A stretch of DNA of 32,000 nt from Candidatus Nanopusillus sp. (GCA_046536775.1 JAWDMD010000001.1:1-32000), one strand, 5' to 3'. Positions 1-7,595 are shown, counted from the first letter of the stretch. The notes: a model not told the origin generated them from the letters alone. A program made the numbers and translations.

Positions 1-1603
1 ATGGTTTTCCAACAATTACAATTACCTTTAATAATGATTGATTATCCTTTACCAATTGAATTCCTTCTATAAATCTTGATCTTGCATATGTAAATATTAT
101 ATCTTTATTTGTTTTTAATATCCTATTCAATGGTTTTTCACCATCATCTAAAAATATTCTATCCTTTATATCTAATTTTTCATATATATTTATCATAAAA
201 GAATATGAAGGAAACATATATAACTGATATTTTTCTAAATTATTTGCAATAAATTTTATATCACCTATTAAATTTTCTATATTATTTTTATCATTTCTTT
301 TTGAATATCTTGAAGAAAAATTATATAATACCTCATAATCCTTTTTCCCATATTTTACATCAACTTTAATATATTCTACATCCTTTATTTTATATAATTT
401 TTGAAAACTTTCTTTTGTAAAATTACTTCCAGACATCAATATTACTGATTTATAATTATCAAATAAACTAATTATTTTTTCAAATTTTGTTATATATCCT
501 TCCAATTTAAATAAATTTAATATCCAAAAAATATCCTCAGAACTTATATAATAATATAACTTTAATATTCTATTTATATTCCATCTTTTCTTTGGTAATT
601 TAATATTATTCTTTGAAATATATCTTTTATATGTTTCCCAATAAAATGACAGATTATCGAATAATTTTTCATTAGAATCAAATATTTCCTTTAATTTTTC
701 TCTATCTATATATATTTCTTTTGAAGATCTTTCCATCCTTTCTTTTATTAAATATATATCTTTTGTATTAAATTTCTTTGCAACTACATTTTCTATAAAT
801 GATAATAATTCATCTGAAAAATTCATTAAATTATATCTTATTAATTCAAAATCTTGTTCAGGTATATTTAATGCATTTTTTATAATTTCTAATTCTTTTA
901 TTAAATCTTGAAATAATAGATTTTCCTCATTTCTTTTTCCAATACCTCTTTCTATATATTTTCTAAATGATATTGACATAGGATTTATTATTGATGTTAA
1001 TAAATTATGGGATTCATCCATTATTAAAAAATCAGGTTCTCCCTCTAAAGATAATACTTCATTTAAATATTGATTAAAAACATATGGATATGCTGAAATA
1101 TAAATATTTGAATCAATTTTCTTAAAAGAATGATATATGCATTTTGTATCCATATTCTTTGAATATTTTTTATATTCTATTTTTGTCAATTTAATAAAAT
1201 TATAATTATATTTCTTTAATCTTTTATATAATTCTTCTGGACTATATAAAGATTTTTTATATATACAATCTGCACATATTATTTCTTCTCCAGAAAAATC
1301 TGATTTAAAAAATATTGGACATGTTTTCTTTTTATTTGGATATACCCTTAATATTGTATTTATTTTAAATGAATCTTCTAAATACCTCTTTATTTCTTCA
1401 GTTGTTCTTACAGCAATATGAGTTATAAAATCTTCTTTTGCCAAATAATCAGAGGTTACTAATGCAATAATTGTTTTACCTGAACCTGTAGGAGAATCTA
1501 ATAAAATAAATTTTCTATTTTCATTAATGTAATTTAATATTTTTTCTATAATATCAATTTGAAATGATCTATTGTTTAATATTGGATAATATTTTTCTAT
1601 CAT
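1..1603 (-). CDS. xpd: XPD/Rad3-family 4Fe-4S DNA helicase, partial (C-terminus lies beyond the window start)
   Basis: The minus-strand frame is open from the ATG (revcomp of 1601-1603) to the window edge. It is absent from the ORF track because it has no stop inside the window. My translation begins MIEKYYPILNNRSFQIDIIEKILNYINENRKFILLDSPTGSGKTIIALV (Walker A). It has the Cys cluster KKKTCPIFF..EEIICADCIYKK..TKCIYH expected for the XPD Fe-S domain and IMDESHNL (a DEAH-box variant). It ends at the edge with ..FIEGIQLVKDNQSLLKVIVIVGKP. Confidence 0.85.
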   Translation of the reverse strand, partial: MIEKYYPILNNRSFQIDIIEKILNYINENRKFILLDSPTGSGKTIIALVTSDYLAKEDFITHIAVRTTEEIKRYLEDSFKINTILRVYPNKKKTCPIFFKSDFSGEEIICADCIYKKSLYSPEELYKRLKKYNYNFIKLTKIEYKKYSKNMDTKCIYHSFKKIDSNIYISAYPYVFNQYLNEVLSLEGEPDFLIMDESHNLLTSIINPMSISFRKYIERGIGKRNEENLLFQDLIKELEIIKNALNIPEQDFELIRYNLMNFSDELLSFIENVVAKKFNTKDIYLIKERMERSSKEIYIDREKLKEIFDSNEKLFDNLSFYWETYKRYISKNNIKLPKKRWNINRILKLYYYISSEDIFWILNLFKLEGYITKFEKIISLFDNYKSVILMSGSNFTKESFQKLYKIKDVEYIKVDVKYGKKDYEVLYNFSSRYSKRNDKNNIENLIGDIKFIANNLEKYQLYMFPSYSFMINIYEKLDIKDRIFLDDGEKPLNRILKTNKDIIFTYARSRFIEGIQLVKDNQSLLKVIVIVGKP

Positions 1604-1636
1604 TATAAATTAAAGAATATTTTATAATTTGAAAAA

Positions 1637-1650
1637 TTTAAAAAATAAAT
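1637..1650 (+). promoter_or_regulatory. Putative TATA box for tRNA-Phe
   Basis: tttaaaaaataaat is centred about 30 nt upstream of the tRNA 5' end at 1673. The spacing is typical of archaeal BRE/TATA promoters. The background is AT-rich, so specificity is weak. Confidence 0.3.
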
Positions 1651-1672
1651 AATGAAAATATTGATAATCGAA

Positions 1673-1746
1673 GGGGCGGTAGCTCAGACCGGGAGAGCGT
1701 CCGGCTGAAGACCGGAAGGTCGTGGGTTCAAATCCCACCCGCCCCA
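1673..1746 (+). tRNA. tRNA-Phe (anticodon GAA)
   Basis: Hand-folded cloverleaf: acceptor GGGGCGG/CCGCCCC, D arm GCTC..GAGC, anticodon arm TCCGG-CTGAAGA-CCGGA, T arm GTGGG-TTCAAAT-CCCAC, discriminator A. CCA is not encoded. Confidence 0.95.
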
Positions 1747-1795
1747 GGTTTTGATATTATGCACCAATAACCTAAAAATGTTGTAAGAAAAATGT

Positions 1796-3148
1796 TTAAC
1801 CTATTGGGGGATTAGGTTCATAGACAAACTGACTGCCTGGTATTGGACTTATATTTCCACTTGGAGTTATTGATGTTGCATTATAATTATTAATACCCAT
1901 TTGGTTCATTAATTGAGTATTAACATAATATGGTATAAAATAATAACTATTATTATTGTAATATGTAGGATCTGGTATATATGAAATAACTAAATTATTA
2001 CTAAATAATGTATTTGGAAAACCTGATTGATATAATTGTTGAACTTGGCTTTGAGATAGTATAGTATTATAAAGAGCAGTATATGCAATAGTGCCATTGA
2101 AGAAGAACCAGCCACCAGGGGTAGCAGGCCAGTACGTCGTATAGCCAGTGCCGATGTCGCCATATTGGTAATTACCGCTTTTACCGAACAAGTCGGGTAA
2201 GAATGATGTTGTGGTTTGGCCAATGTAGTTCCCGTCTAGGTATAAGGCTATGTAGTACGGTCCTGATGTTGATGATGCCCACTCCTCAATTACTGCAATA
2301 TGCCAGCCAGGGTTTATTGGGGTTGAAACATGCTGAGGACCATCATCAGCCCAGTCGCCTGCATAGAGGTAACCATTTGTCCCCGCGTAAAGCCAAGGAG
2401 TCCAAACTCCTGCACCGCTGGGATACTGAAAACCAGTGAAGCCAAGTATTACTCCTTGTCCACCTGGTGGCTCATAAAACCAAACCACTGCACTGATTGC
2501 ACCGTTTTGAATAGCTATGCAGCTGAATAGCCCGTAAGTGCCCGTGTATCCTGTGTACCCGCCGCCGCTGTATGGGTTACTACTTATTGTACACTGAGGT
2601 AGTTGTGCTAAATAGCCCTGAGAGTTATTATTAGATATTGTTGGATTTGTTGGTTGAAAGAAATAAGGATAAAAAGGAACTAAATTAAATTTATTATTAT
2701 TTAATATCCCATAATTATAATTTATTCCATTATATACAAAATTAGTACTTTTTATATAATCTATATAACTATAATAACAGAAATAATTATTTATTATATA
2801 GCATAAACTATTACTTCCAATATTAATTATATTTCCATTATTACATATAATATTACTTCCATTTATAGATATAGTATTTCCATAATTATCAGTAAATATA
2901 ATTTGAGAATTATTTATATTTATAGGTATATTTCCTTTATTATAAATATCAAAATATAATATATTATTTGAACAATATACATTATTTATTACAAAAGATA
3001 CAGATTAAGATTGTTGTTGAATTTGTTGAGATGAAGTTTGTGTTAAAGAACCAAATAAACCCGAGGTAAATGCATAAAATATTCCAGCAATTGCAACTGT
3101 AATAACAATAATTAATATAGTTGCTATTATTGGAGATATAGATTTCAT
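1796..3148 (-). pseudogene. Pilin-like (class III signal peptide) secreted LamG/ConA-like lectin-domain protein, interrupted by one in-frame TAA (3005-3007)
   Basis: The ATG at 3146-3148 (minus) opens MKSISPIIATILIIVITVAIAGIFYAFTSGLFGSLTQTSSQQIQQQS, then TAA. This matches the archaeal type IV pilin-like N-terminus pattern K-[GS]-x-SP-[VI]-IAT plus a hydrophobic helix. The same frame continues without further stops (SVSFVINNVYCSNNILYFDIYNKGNIPININNSQIIF...QGYLAQLPQCTISSNPYSGGGYTGYTGTYGLFSCIAIQNGAISA) into the track ORF 1796-2488. 3148-2488 = 660 nt, so the two parts are in frame. The C-terminal part contains ..YYIALYLDGNYIGQ..GWFFFNGTIAYTALYNTILSQSQVQQLYQSGFP, a typical LamG/ConA-like signature. 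Confidence 0.65.
2085..2625 (-). other. Compositional island: high-GC segment encoding the LamG core
   Basis: G+C counted by hand is 36/60 for 2101-2160, 28/60 for 2281-2340 and 35/60 for 2521-2580. The flanking coding DNA of the same gene gives 10/60 (2761-2820). Codons switch to TAC/GAC/AAC/TTC/GGC, whereas the rest of the window uses TAT/GAT/AAT/TTT/GGA. Confidence 0.85.
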
Positions 3149-3209
3149 ATAAATATTATTTATATCTTAGGTAATAAATATTTTATGATAAGTATATAGA
3201 TAGTTAAAG

Positions 3210-3310
3210 TGCGGCGGAGGGGATTTGAACCCCTGGCGGGACTAACCCATCGGGTTTCTTACCAATTTGGGTCTTAAGCCCGACCCCTTTGACCGCTCGG
3301 GCACCGCCGC
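3210..3310 (-). tRNA. tRNA-Leu (anticodon UAA) with a putative 17-nt intron at the canonical 37/38 position
   Basis: The revcomp reads GCGGCGG-TG-CCC-GAGCGGTCAAA-GGG-G-TCGGG-CTTAAG[ACCCAAATTGGTAAGAA]A-CCCGA-TGGGTTAGTCCCGCC-AGGGG-TTCAAAT-CCCCT-CCGCCGC-A. It is 101 nt in total. Removing 17 nt restores a 5-bp anticodon stem TCGGG/CCCGA and a 7-nt loop CTTAAGA. The long variable arm is typical of tRNA-Leu. Confidence 0.85.
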
Positions 3311-3330
3311 GTATTTTATTTTTTATTACA

Positions 3331-3345
3331 CTTTATTTTTTAAAT
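3331..3345. promoter_or_regulatory. Putative shared (bidirectional) TATA element between tRNA-Leu and rps8e
   Basis: ctttattttttaaat is centred near 3338, about 28 nt from the tRNA-Leu 5' end (3310, minus) and about 29 nt from the S8e ATG (3367, plus). Confidence 0.3.
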
Positions 3346-3366
3346 CTTTTTTATCATAAAAATAAA

Positions 3367-3786
3367 ATGGTAAATATATACAAAAAAGGAGGATTATCTG
3401 TTTACCAAGGTAGAGACTTAAGAAAAGAAAATGGTAAAATAAAATCTCCTAATAGTAAAAAAAGAAAAGCAAATTATGGAAGATATCCAATTCTAACAAA
3501 AATATCAAAAGGTAATGAAGAAATAAGATATATATTTAGAACAAAGGGTGGAAATTATAAAGTAAAATTAAAAGGTGCTTTATATGTAAATGTACTTAAT
3601 CCAGAAACAAAGGAAATTAAAAGAGTAAAAATATTAAATGTTATTAAAAATCCAAATGATAAAAATTTAGATAGAGAAAAAATAATAACTAAAAATGCTA
3701 CATTAAATACTGAAATAGGAAAAGTTTTAGTAACATCAAGACCAGGTCAAGATGGAATTATAAATGGAATATTAATAAAAGAATAA
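3367..3786 (+). CDS. rps8e: 30S ribosomal protein S8e
   Basis: MVNIYKKGGLSVYQGRDLRKENGKIKSPNSKKRKANYGRYP..IRTKGGNYKVKLKGALYVNV..ITKNATLNTEIGKVLVTSRPGQDGIINGILI matches the S8e pattern (..GR..RK.sG..KKRK.. / ..vTSRPGQdG..). I moved the start to the ATG at 3367, because the track start at 3289 overlaps the tRNA-Leu gene. Confidence 0.9.
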   Translation: MVNIYKKGGLSVYQGRDLRKENGKIKSPNSKKRKANYGRYPILTKISKGNEEIRYIFRTKGGNYKVKLKGALYVNVLNPETKEIKRVKILNVIKNPNDKNLDREKIITKNATLNTEIGKVLVTSRPGQDGIINGILIKE

Positions 3787-3841
3787 TTTTTAAATCGATT
3801 TATAAAATAAACTTATAAAATCTTTCTTGTATATTTTGTTT

Positions 3842-4060
3842 ATGGACATCGTAAGACCTTTAGATATAATAACACAGTCAAAAGGAAAAGAAATAATAGT
3901 AGAAATGAAAAATGGTAAACAATACAGGGGTAAATTAGTAGCTTCTGATGTTCACCCAAACATGGTATTAGAAGATGCAATAGAATTAGATACTAATAAA
4001 AAATTACCTTGGATATTCTTAAGAGGTGACAACATATCTGTCATAAAACCTGCTGATTAA
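3842..4060 (+). CDS. Sm-like (LSm) archaeal protein
   Basis: RPLDIITQSKGKEIIVEMKNGKQYRGKLVASDVHPNMVLEDAIEL..IFLRGDNISVIKP contains the Sm1 and Sm2 motifs. I chose the ATG at 3842 (MDIVRPLD). The box cttataaaa lies about 27 nt upstream. Confidence 0.85.
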   Translation: MDIVRPLDIITQSKGKEIIVEMKNGKQYRGKLVASDVHPNMVLEDAIELDTNKKLPWIFLRGDNISVIKPAD

Positions 4061-4177
4061 TCAGAATAAGCTAAACTATTTAAGTTTTATTTTTTGTTGA
4101 ATTATAAAAATAAAAATTTAATTGCAAGAACTTTGTTTTTAATTTATATTTATAAATATAATAAATTAAAATAAAAG

Positions 4178-4429
4178 CTATACCAAATCGTCTTCAGAAA
4201 CAACTACATAATCTCCGATAGCTTTTACTGCCATAAATGGCACTAAAAATCCATCTTTCATTTTTTCTAATCCTAATCTTTCAGCATTTTCTGTAGGATT
4301 CTTTAATATGATATTTAATACTTCACCTGTTTTCTCTTCAAATTGTAGATCTGCAATTTCTCCTAACTTTCTACCTTTGTCTGTAACAACTGGTTTGTTT
4401 AATAAGGATGATGCTTCATATCTTTCCAT
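4178..4429 (-). CDS. PRC-barrel domain protein
   Basis: 83 aa. ASSLLNKPVVTDKGRKLGEIADLQFEEKTGEVLNIIL..LVPFMAVKAIGDYVVV resembles small archaeal PRC-barrel proteins. Confidence 0.65.
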   Translation of the reverse strand: MERYEASSLLNKPVVTDKGRKLGEIADLQFEEKTGEVLNIILKNPTENAERLGLEKMKDGFLVPFMAVKAIGDYVVVSEDDLV

Positions 4430-4462
4430 ATATATAAAATAGAAAATATCTAAATATAAAGT

Positions 4463-5440
4463 TTATACATCCCTGACGCCTTCCTCACTTATTCTAAATA
4501 CTGCCTCCCTTTCAGGTAAGTGGGGTGCATCGATTAACCTAGCAATCCTTGTCCTTTCTTTACCCTTTCTTAAGAATATTCTATATGTAATTGCGTGAGC
4601 TAGAACATGTCCTCCAACTGCCTGTTGATCTAAAGCAAAATATCCTTCTGGTTTTGCCATAACTTGGTTTGTTACATATACTGCTAAATTATAAACTGTA
4701 GCTAATTTCAATAAATCCCTTAAGTGCTGATTTAATTTTTGCTGTCTTTCGGCTAAGCTACTTCTCCCAACATATTCTGCTCTAAAATGTGCAGTAATTG
4801 AATCTATAATTACTAACCTTATATTTCTTCCTTCATGAATTAAACTTGGTATTTTCTTTACAATACTTATCTGATGATCTGAATTATATGCTCTTATAAA
4901 TATTATATTCTTTAATACATTATCTGGATCTAGTTCTACACCCTTTGTCATTTGTACAATTCTCTCTGGTCTAAATGTTCCTTCAGTATCGATATAAACT
5001 GCCTGAGCTGGTTTATCAGGTTCACTCAACCCACCTTTTTCCTTTGGTAATTGGATATTAACCGATAATTGATGACCCAGTTGTGTTTTTCCAGAACCAA
5101 ATTCACCAAAAGCTTCTATTAATGCTTGTGTTTCAACACCGCCACCAAGTAAATCATCCAGTGCCTTTGAACCTGTGGTTATCCTTTCAACAGCCTTTCT
5201 TGAGCTATAAAAATCATATGCAGATACAAATCCTTGTCCGATAATATTTTGAGCTATTTCTAATAATTTTTTAGCAGTTTCTTCTCCAAGTCCAGCTTTT
5301 TCTACTAATTCGTGAACAGAAGATACAGTAAGATCTTCTAATGAAAATATACCAGCTTCTCTTAATTTCTGTGCAGTTTTTGGACCTACACCAGGTAAAT
5401 CTTCCAAATCTCTAATTTGTTTCTTTTCTTCCTCTTCCAT
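4463..5440 (-). CDS. radA: DNA repair and recombination protein RadA
   Basis: 325 aa. The N-terminal HhH region reads [20 protein letters not shown]. Walker A is GEFGSGKTQ and Walker B is LVIIDS. The overall architecture is the RadA/Rad51 type. Confidence 0.95.
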   Translation of the reverse strand: MEEEEKKQIRDLEDLPGVGPKTAQKLREAGIFSLEDLTVSSVHELVEKAGLGEETAKKLLEIAQNIIGQGFVSAYDFYSSRKAVERITTGSKALDDLLGGGVETQALIEAFGEFGSGKTQLGHQLSVNIQLPKEKGGLSEPDKPAQAVYIDTEGTFRPERIVQMTKGVELDPDNVLKNIIFIRAYNSDHQISIVKKIPSLIHEGRNIRLVIIDSITAHFRAEYVGRSSLAERQQKLNQHLRDLLKLATVYNLAVYVTNQVMAKPEGYFALDQQAVGGHVLAHAITYRIFLRKGKERTRIARLIDAPHLPEREAVFRISEEGVRDV

Positions 5441-5470
5441 TAAAAGAATATATAATTAAAGTTTATAATT

Positions 5471-6079
5471 TTATATAAAGTTAAATTCCTTCATTAAAAT
5501 GTTTTTTATTTCTTCTTTATTTAGTGATAAATATCTTAAATAGTTTTCCTCTTTTTCAGTTAATTTTAATATTTTAGATCCATGAAATCCTTTTGATTTA
5601 TTATTCTCTATATCTAATATTGGTAATAGAGTTGATATACCATTTTCTTCTAATAGATATTGAGATAATTTTCCTTCAGAGTTTTCAGAATTTCTATCAA
5701 TAAATATCCTAGATATTAAAACAACATTATTTTTATTATATATCTTTTCTATTGAATCCGAAGAGGAATTACTATTTATTTTATATAAGTTATATATTCT
5801 TAAATTTCCAGAATTATTAATTAAAATATTTACCTTTACTTTTCCGATTATATTAAATTCATTATATATAATTGAAATATCATTATTATTAATTCTTATT
5901 TTTATTTCGGAATTATTTATATTAAAAACATTATAATAAATATTTTTATCTAAATTGATTTCAATATATTGATCCTTATTTATATTAAATTCTTTTTTAA
6001 TTATTTTATAATTGTCAAAGATTTTATCATAATACCTTTTAAATAAATTTTTAAAAAATGTTGAATCCATTTTCTTCAA
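5471..6079 (-). CDS. Miniature SufB/SufD-family (UPF0051-like) protein
   Basis: It lies immediately downstream of sufC and overlaps it. The C-terminus LPILDIENNKSKGFHGSKILKLTEKEENYLRYLSLNKEEIKNILMKEF follows the SufB/D C-terminal pattern P.L.I....v.a.HGa..g.l.e..lfYL.sRGl....a..ll..gF. At 202 aa it is far shorter than the usual length of more than 400 aa. An alternative start is the ATG at 6070. Confidence 0.6.
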   Translation of the reverse strand: MKKMDSTFFKNLFKRYYDKIFDNYKIIKKEFNINKDQYIEINLDKNIYYNVFNINNSEIKIRINNNDISIIYNEFNIIGKVKVNILINNSGNLRIYNLYKINSNSSSDSIEKIYNKNNVVLISRIFIDRNSENSEGKLSQYLLEENGISTLLPILDIENNKSKGFHGSKILKLTEKEENYLRYLSLNKEEIKNILMKEFNFI

Positions 6080-6740
6080 TCTTATTTAATATATTCTTAT
6101 CTCCAACATATTTTATCTTTCCATCGATTAATATTATTACTTTATCGATATCCAATTCTTTTACAAATTTAAAATTGTGGGAAATTAATATTACTATTTT
6201 ATTTTCTTTTTTAAGTTGATCTAAATAATATTTTAATTTATTTAAGAATTCTATATCTACTCCAGAATCTATTTCATCTAATATAATAATCTTTCTATTC
6301 AATAATATTGATAATAATAATGAAAACCTCTTCTTTTCTCCTCCAGATAAATTGTAATTAACTCCCCTATCTAAAAAATCTTCCGGTAATCCCAAATCTT
6401 TTCCCAAATTTAATACCTTTTTTTCATCAAAATTATCCAAAATATAATTTAATAATACCTTTGTTCTAATATTTTCTATTTCAACAGGATCTTGAAAAGA
6501 ATAAAATATATGTTTTGCTATATTTTCAGTTTTTTCATTTGTTATATCTATATTATCTAAAATTATTTTCCCCTCTTTTTTTAAACTTTCATCATTTAAT
6601 ATTGCTTTTGCCAATGTTGTTTTTCCAGATCCATTTGGACCAAATATTAAATATAATTTTCCATATTCAAATTCCAAATTTATATTTTCTAATATTTTTT
6701 TATTATCAGAATAAGTATTTAATCCTTCTATTTTTAGCAT
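6051..6740 (-). CDS. sufC: Fe-S cluster assembly ATPase SufC (ABC ATPase)
   Basis: Walker A is GPNGSGKTTLAKAI, the ABC signature is LSGGEKKRFSLL, and Walker B is IIILDEIDSGVD. The H-loop reads ILISH. Its size and its pairing with a SufB/D-like gene fit SufC. Confidence 0.85.
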   Translation of the reverse strand: MLKIEGLNTYSDNKKILENINLEFEYGKLYLIFGPNGSGKTTLAKAILNDESLKKEGKIILDNIDITNEKTENIAKHIFYSFQDPVEIENIRTKVLLNYILDNFDEKKVLNLGKDLGLPEDFLDRGVNYNLSGGEKKRFSLLLSILLNRKIIILDEIDSGVDIEFLNKLKYYLDQLKKENKIVILISHNFKFVKELDIDKVIILIDGKIKYVGDKNILNKIEENGFNIF

Positions 6741-6779
6741 TTAAAAAATATATTATAAACTCTTATAAATATAACTTTG

Positions 6780-7301
6780 TTATACTTTTCTAAAAGATTT
6801 AAATCCTGGAGTCAAACCTCTTAAAGCCCTCTTTCTATTCTTACTATTAAGCAACCAAGAATATTCTTCTCTATTATATATATTTAGATTATTTGGATCT
6901 GCTAATATAACTTCATACCATTTATATTTACCATCTTCTCCAACATAATATGAATTTATTACTTCTAAATTTGGATATTTCCTTTGTACTCTTTGTTCAG
7001 CAATGGCTCTTAGACTCATATTTAATGATCTATAAAAATAGTATTTTACTGTCTTAACATGTCTTGGCATGTCTTTTCTTTTTCTCCATCCTTTCTTCAC
7101 CCTTATTCTAACTAATAAAAGTCCATTTATTGGTTTCCATCCCATTTTTCTAGCCTTATCTAATCTTGTTGGTCTTTCTATCCTAACAATTTCTGGTTCT
7201 TTTCTCCATTTAGTTAATCTTTCTTTAATTAATTTCTTTAAATTCTCATCTTTAGATCTTTTTTTCCATGTTTCAAAAATATAATTATATGCAGATTTCA
7301 T
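6780..7301 (-). CDS. rpl15e: 50S ribosomal protein L15e
   Basis: The sequence KSAYNYIFETWKKR..LTKWRKEPEIVRIERPTRLDKARKMGWKP..GLLLVRIRVKKGWRKR is characteristic of L15e. Confidence 0.9.
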   Translation of the reverse strand: MKSAYNYIFETWKKRSKDENLKKLIKERLTKWRKEPEIVRIERPTRLDKARKMGWKPINGLLLVRIRVKKGWRKRKDMPRHVKTVKYYFYRSLNMSLRAIAEQRVQRKYPNLEVINSYYVGEDGKYKWYEVILADPNNLNIYNREEYSWLLNSKNRKRALRGLTPGFKSFRKV

Positions 7302-7555
7302 TGTTTGTTTTGGTTATCTTGACTTTGTTCCTGCTTATTTTCCTCGCTAAATTCTTTTTGTACTTCTTTTAATTCTTTATTTAATTTTATATCTTCATAT
7401 CCAATCCATAATATTAATACACCTAATATTAATATTACTAGTCCTAATAATCCTTTTATTACCAATATAGTTTCTCCTAACCAATAATATACTAAAAATC
7501 CACCTATTATTAACAATATTAATCCTAACAAACTTTCTTTCATCCAATCTTCCAT
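7298..7555 (-). CDS. Small membrane protein (2 predicted TM helices, charged C-terminal tail), hypothetical
   Basis: 85 aa. It has hydrophobic stretches LLGLILLIIGGFLVYYWL and GLLGLVILILGVLILWIGY. Its stop overlaps the L15e start (ATGA), which suggests co-translation. I recognise no family. Confidence 0.45.
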   Translation of the reverse strand: MEDWMKESLLGLILLIIGGFLVYYWLGETILVIKGLLGLVILILGVLILWIGYEDIKLNKELKEVQKEFSEENKQEQSQDNQNKQ

Positions 7556-7595
7556 TTTTTATATTAGTTATAAATAATTTTTTAAATTATATATT

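Noticed and set aside
1990-2530. Track ORFs 1990-2223 (-), 2203-2439 (+) and 2330-2530 (+) overlap the LamG gene.
   Set aside because: They lie in alternative frames of the high-GC segment. GC-rich DNA has few stop codons, so spurious open frames appear. Their translations have no recognisable features, whereas the 1796-2488 frame carries a clear LamG signature.
2085-2625. The high-GC segment might be the variable region of a diversity-generating retroelement target. DGRs are known in DPANN archaea and often target lectin-fold proteins.
   Set aside because: There is no reverse transcriptase or template repeat anywhere in the window. The segment is about 540 nt and covers nearly the whole domain, whereas a DGR variable region is short and C-terminal. 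The signal is a wholesale codon-usage shift, not adenine-specific variation. I cannot exclude a DGR elsewhere in the genome.
3005-3007. The in-frame TAA codons (3005-3007 and 26827-26829) might be evidence of stop-codon reassignment or readthrough.
   Set aside because: TAA terminates conserved genes at their expected C-termini throughout the window, for example S8e, the Sm-like protein, RadA and the LamG gene itself. A reassigned TAA is therefore not tenable, and point mutation is the simpler explanation.
3289-3366. The 26-codon N-terminal extension of the S8e ORF in the track (MTARAPPRILFF...).
   Set aside because: It starts inside the tRNA-Leu gene on the opposite strand and runs through the promoter-like A/T region. 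The conserved S8e sequence begins at the ATG at 3367.
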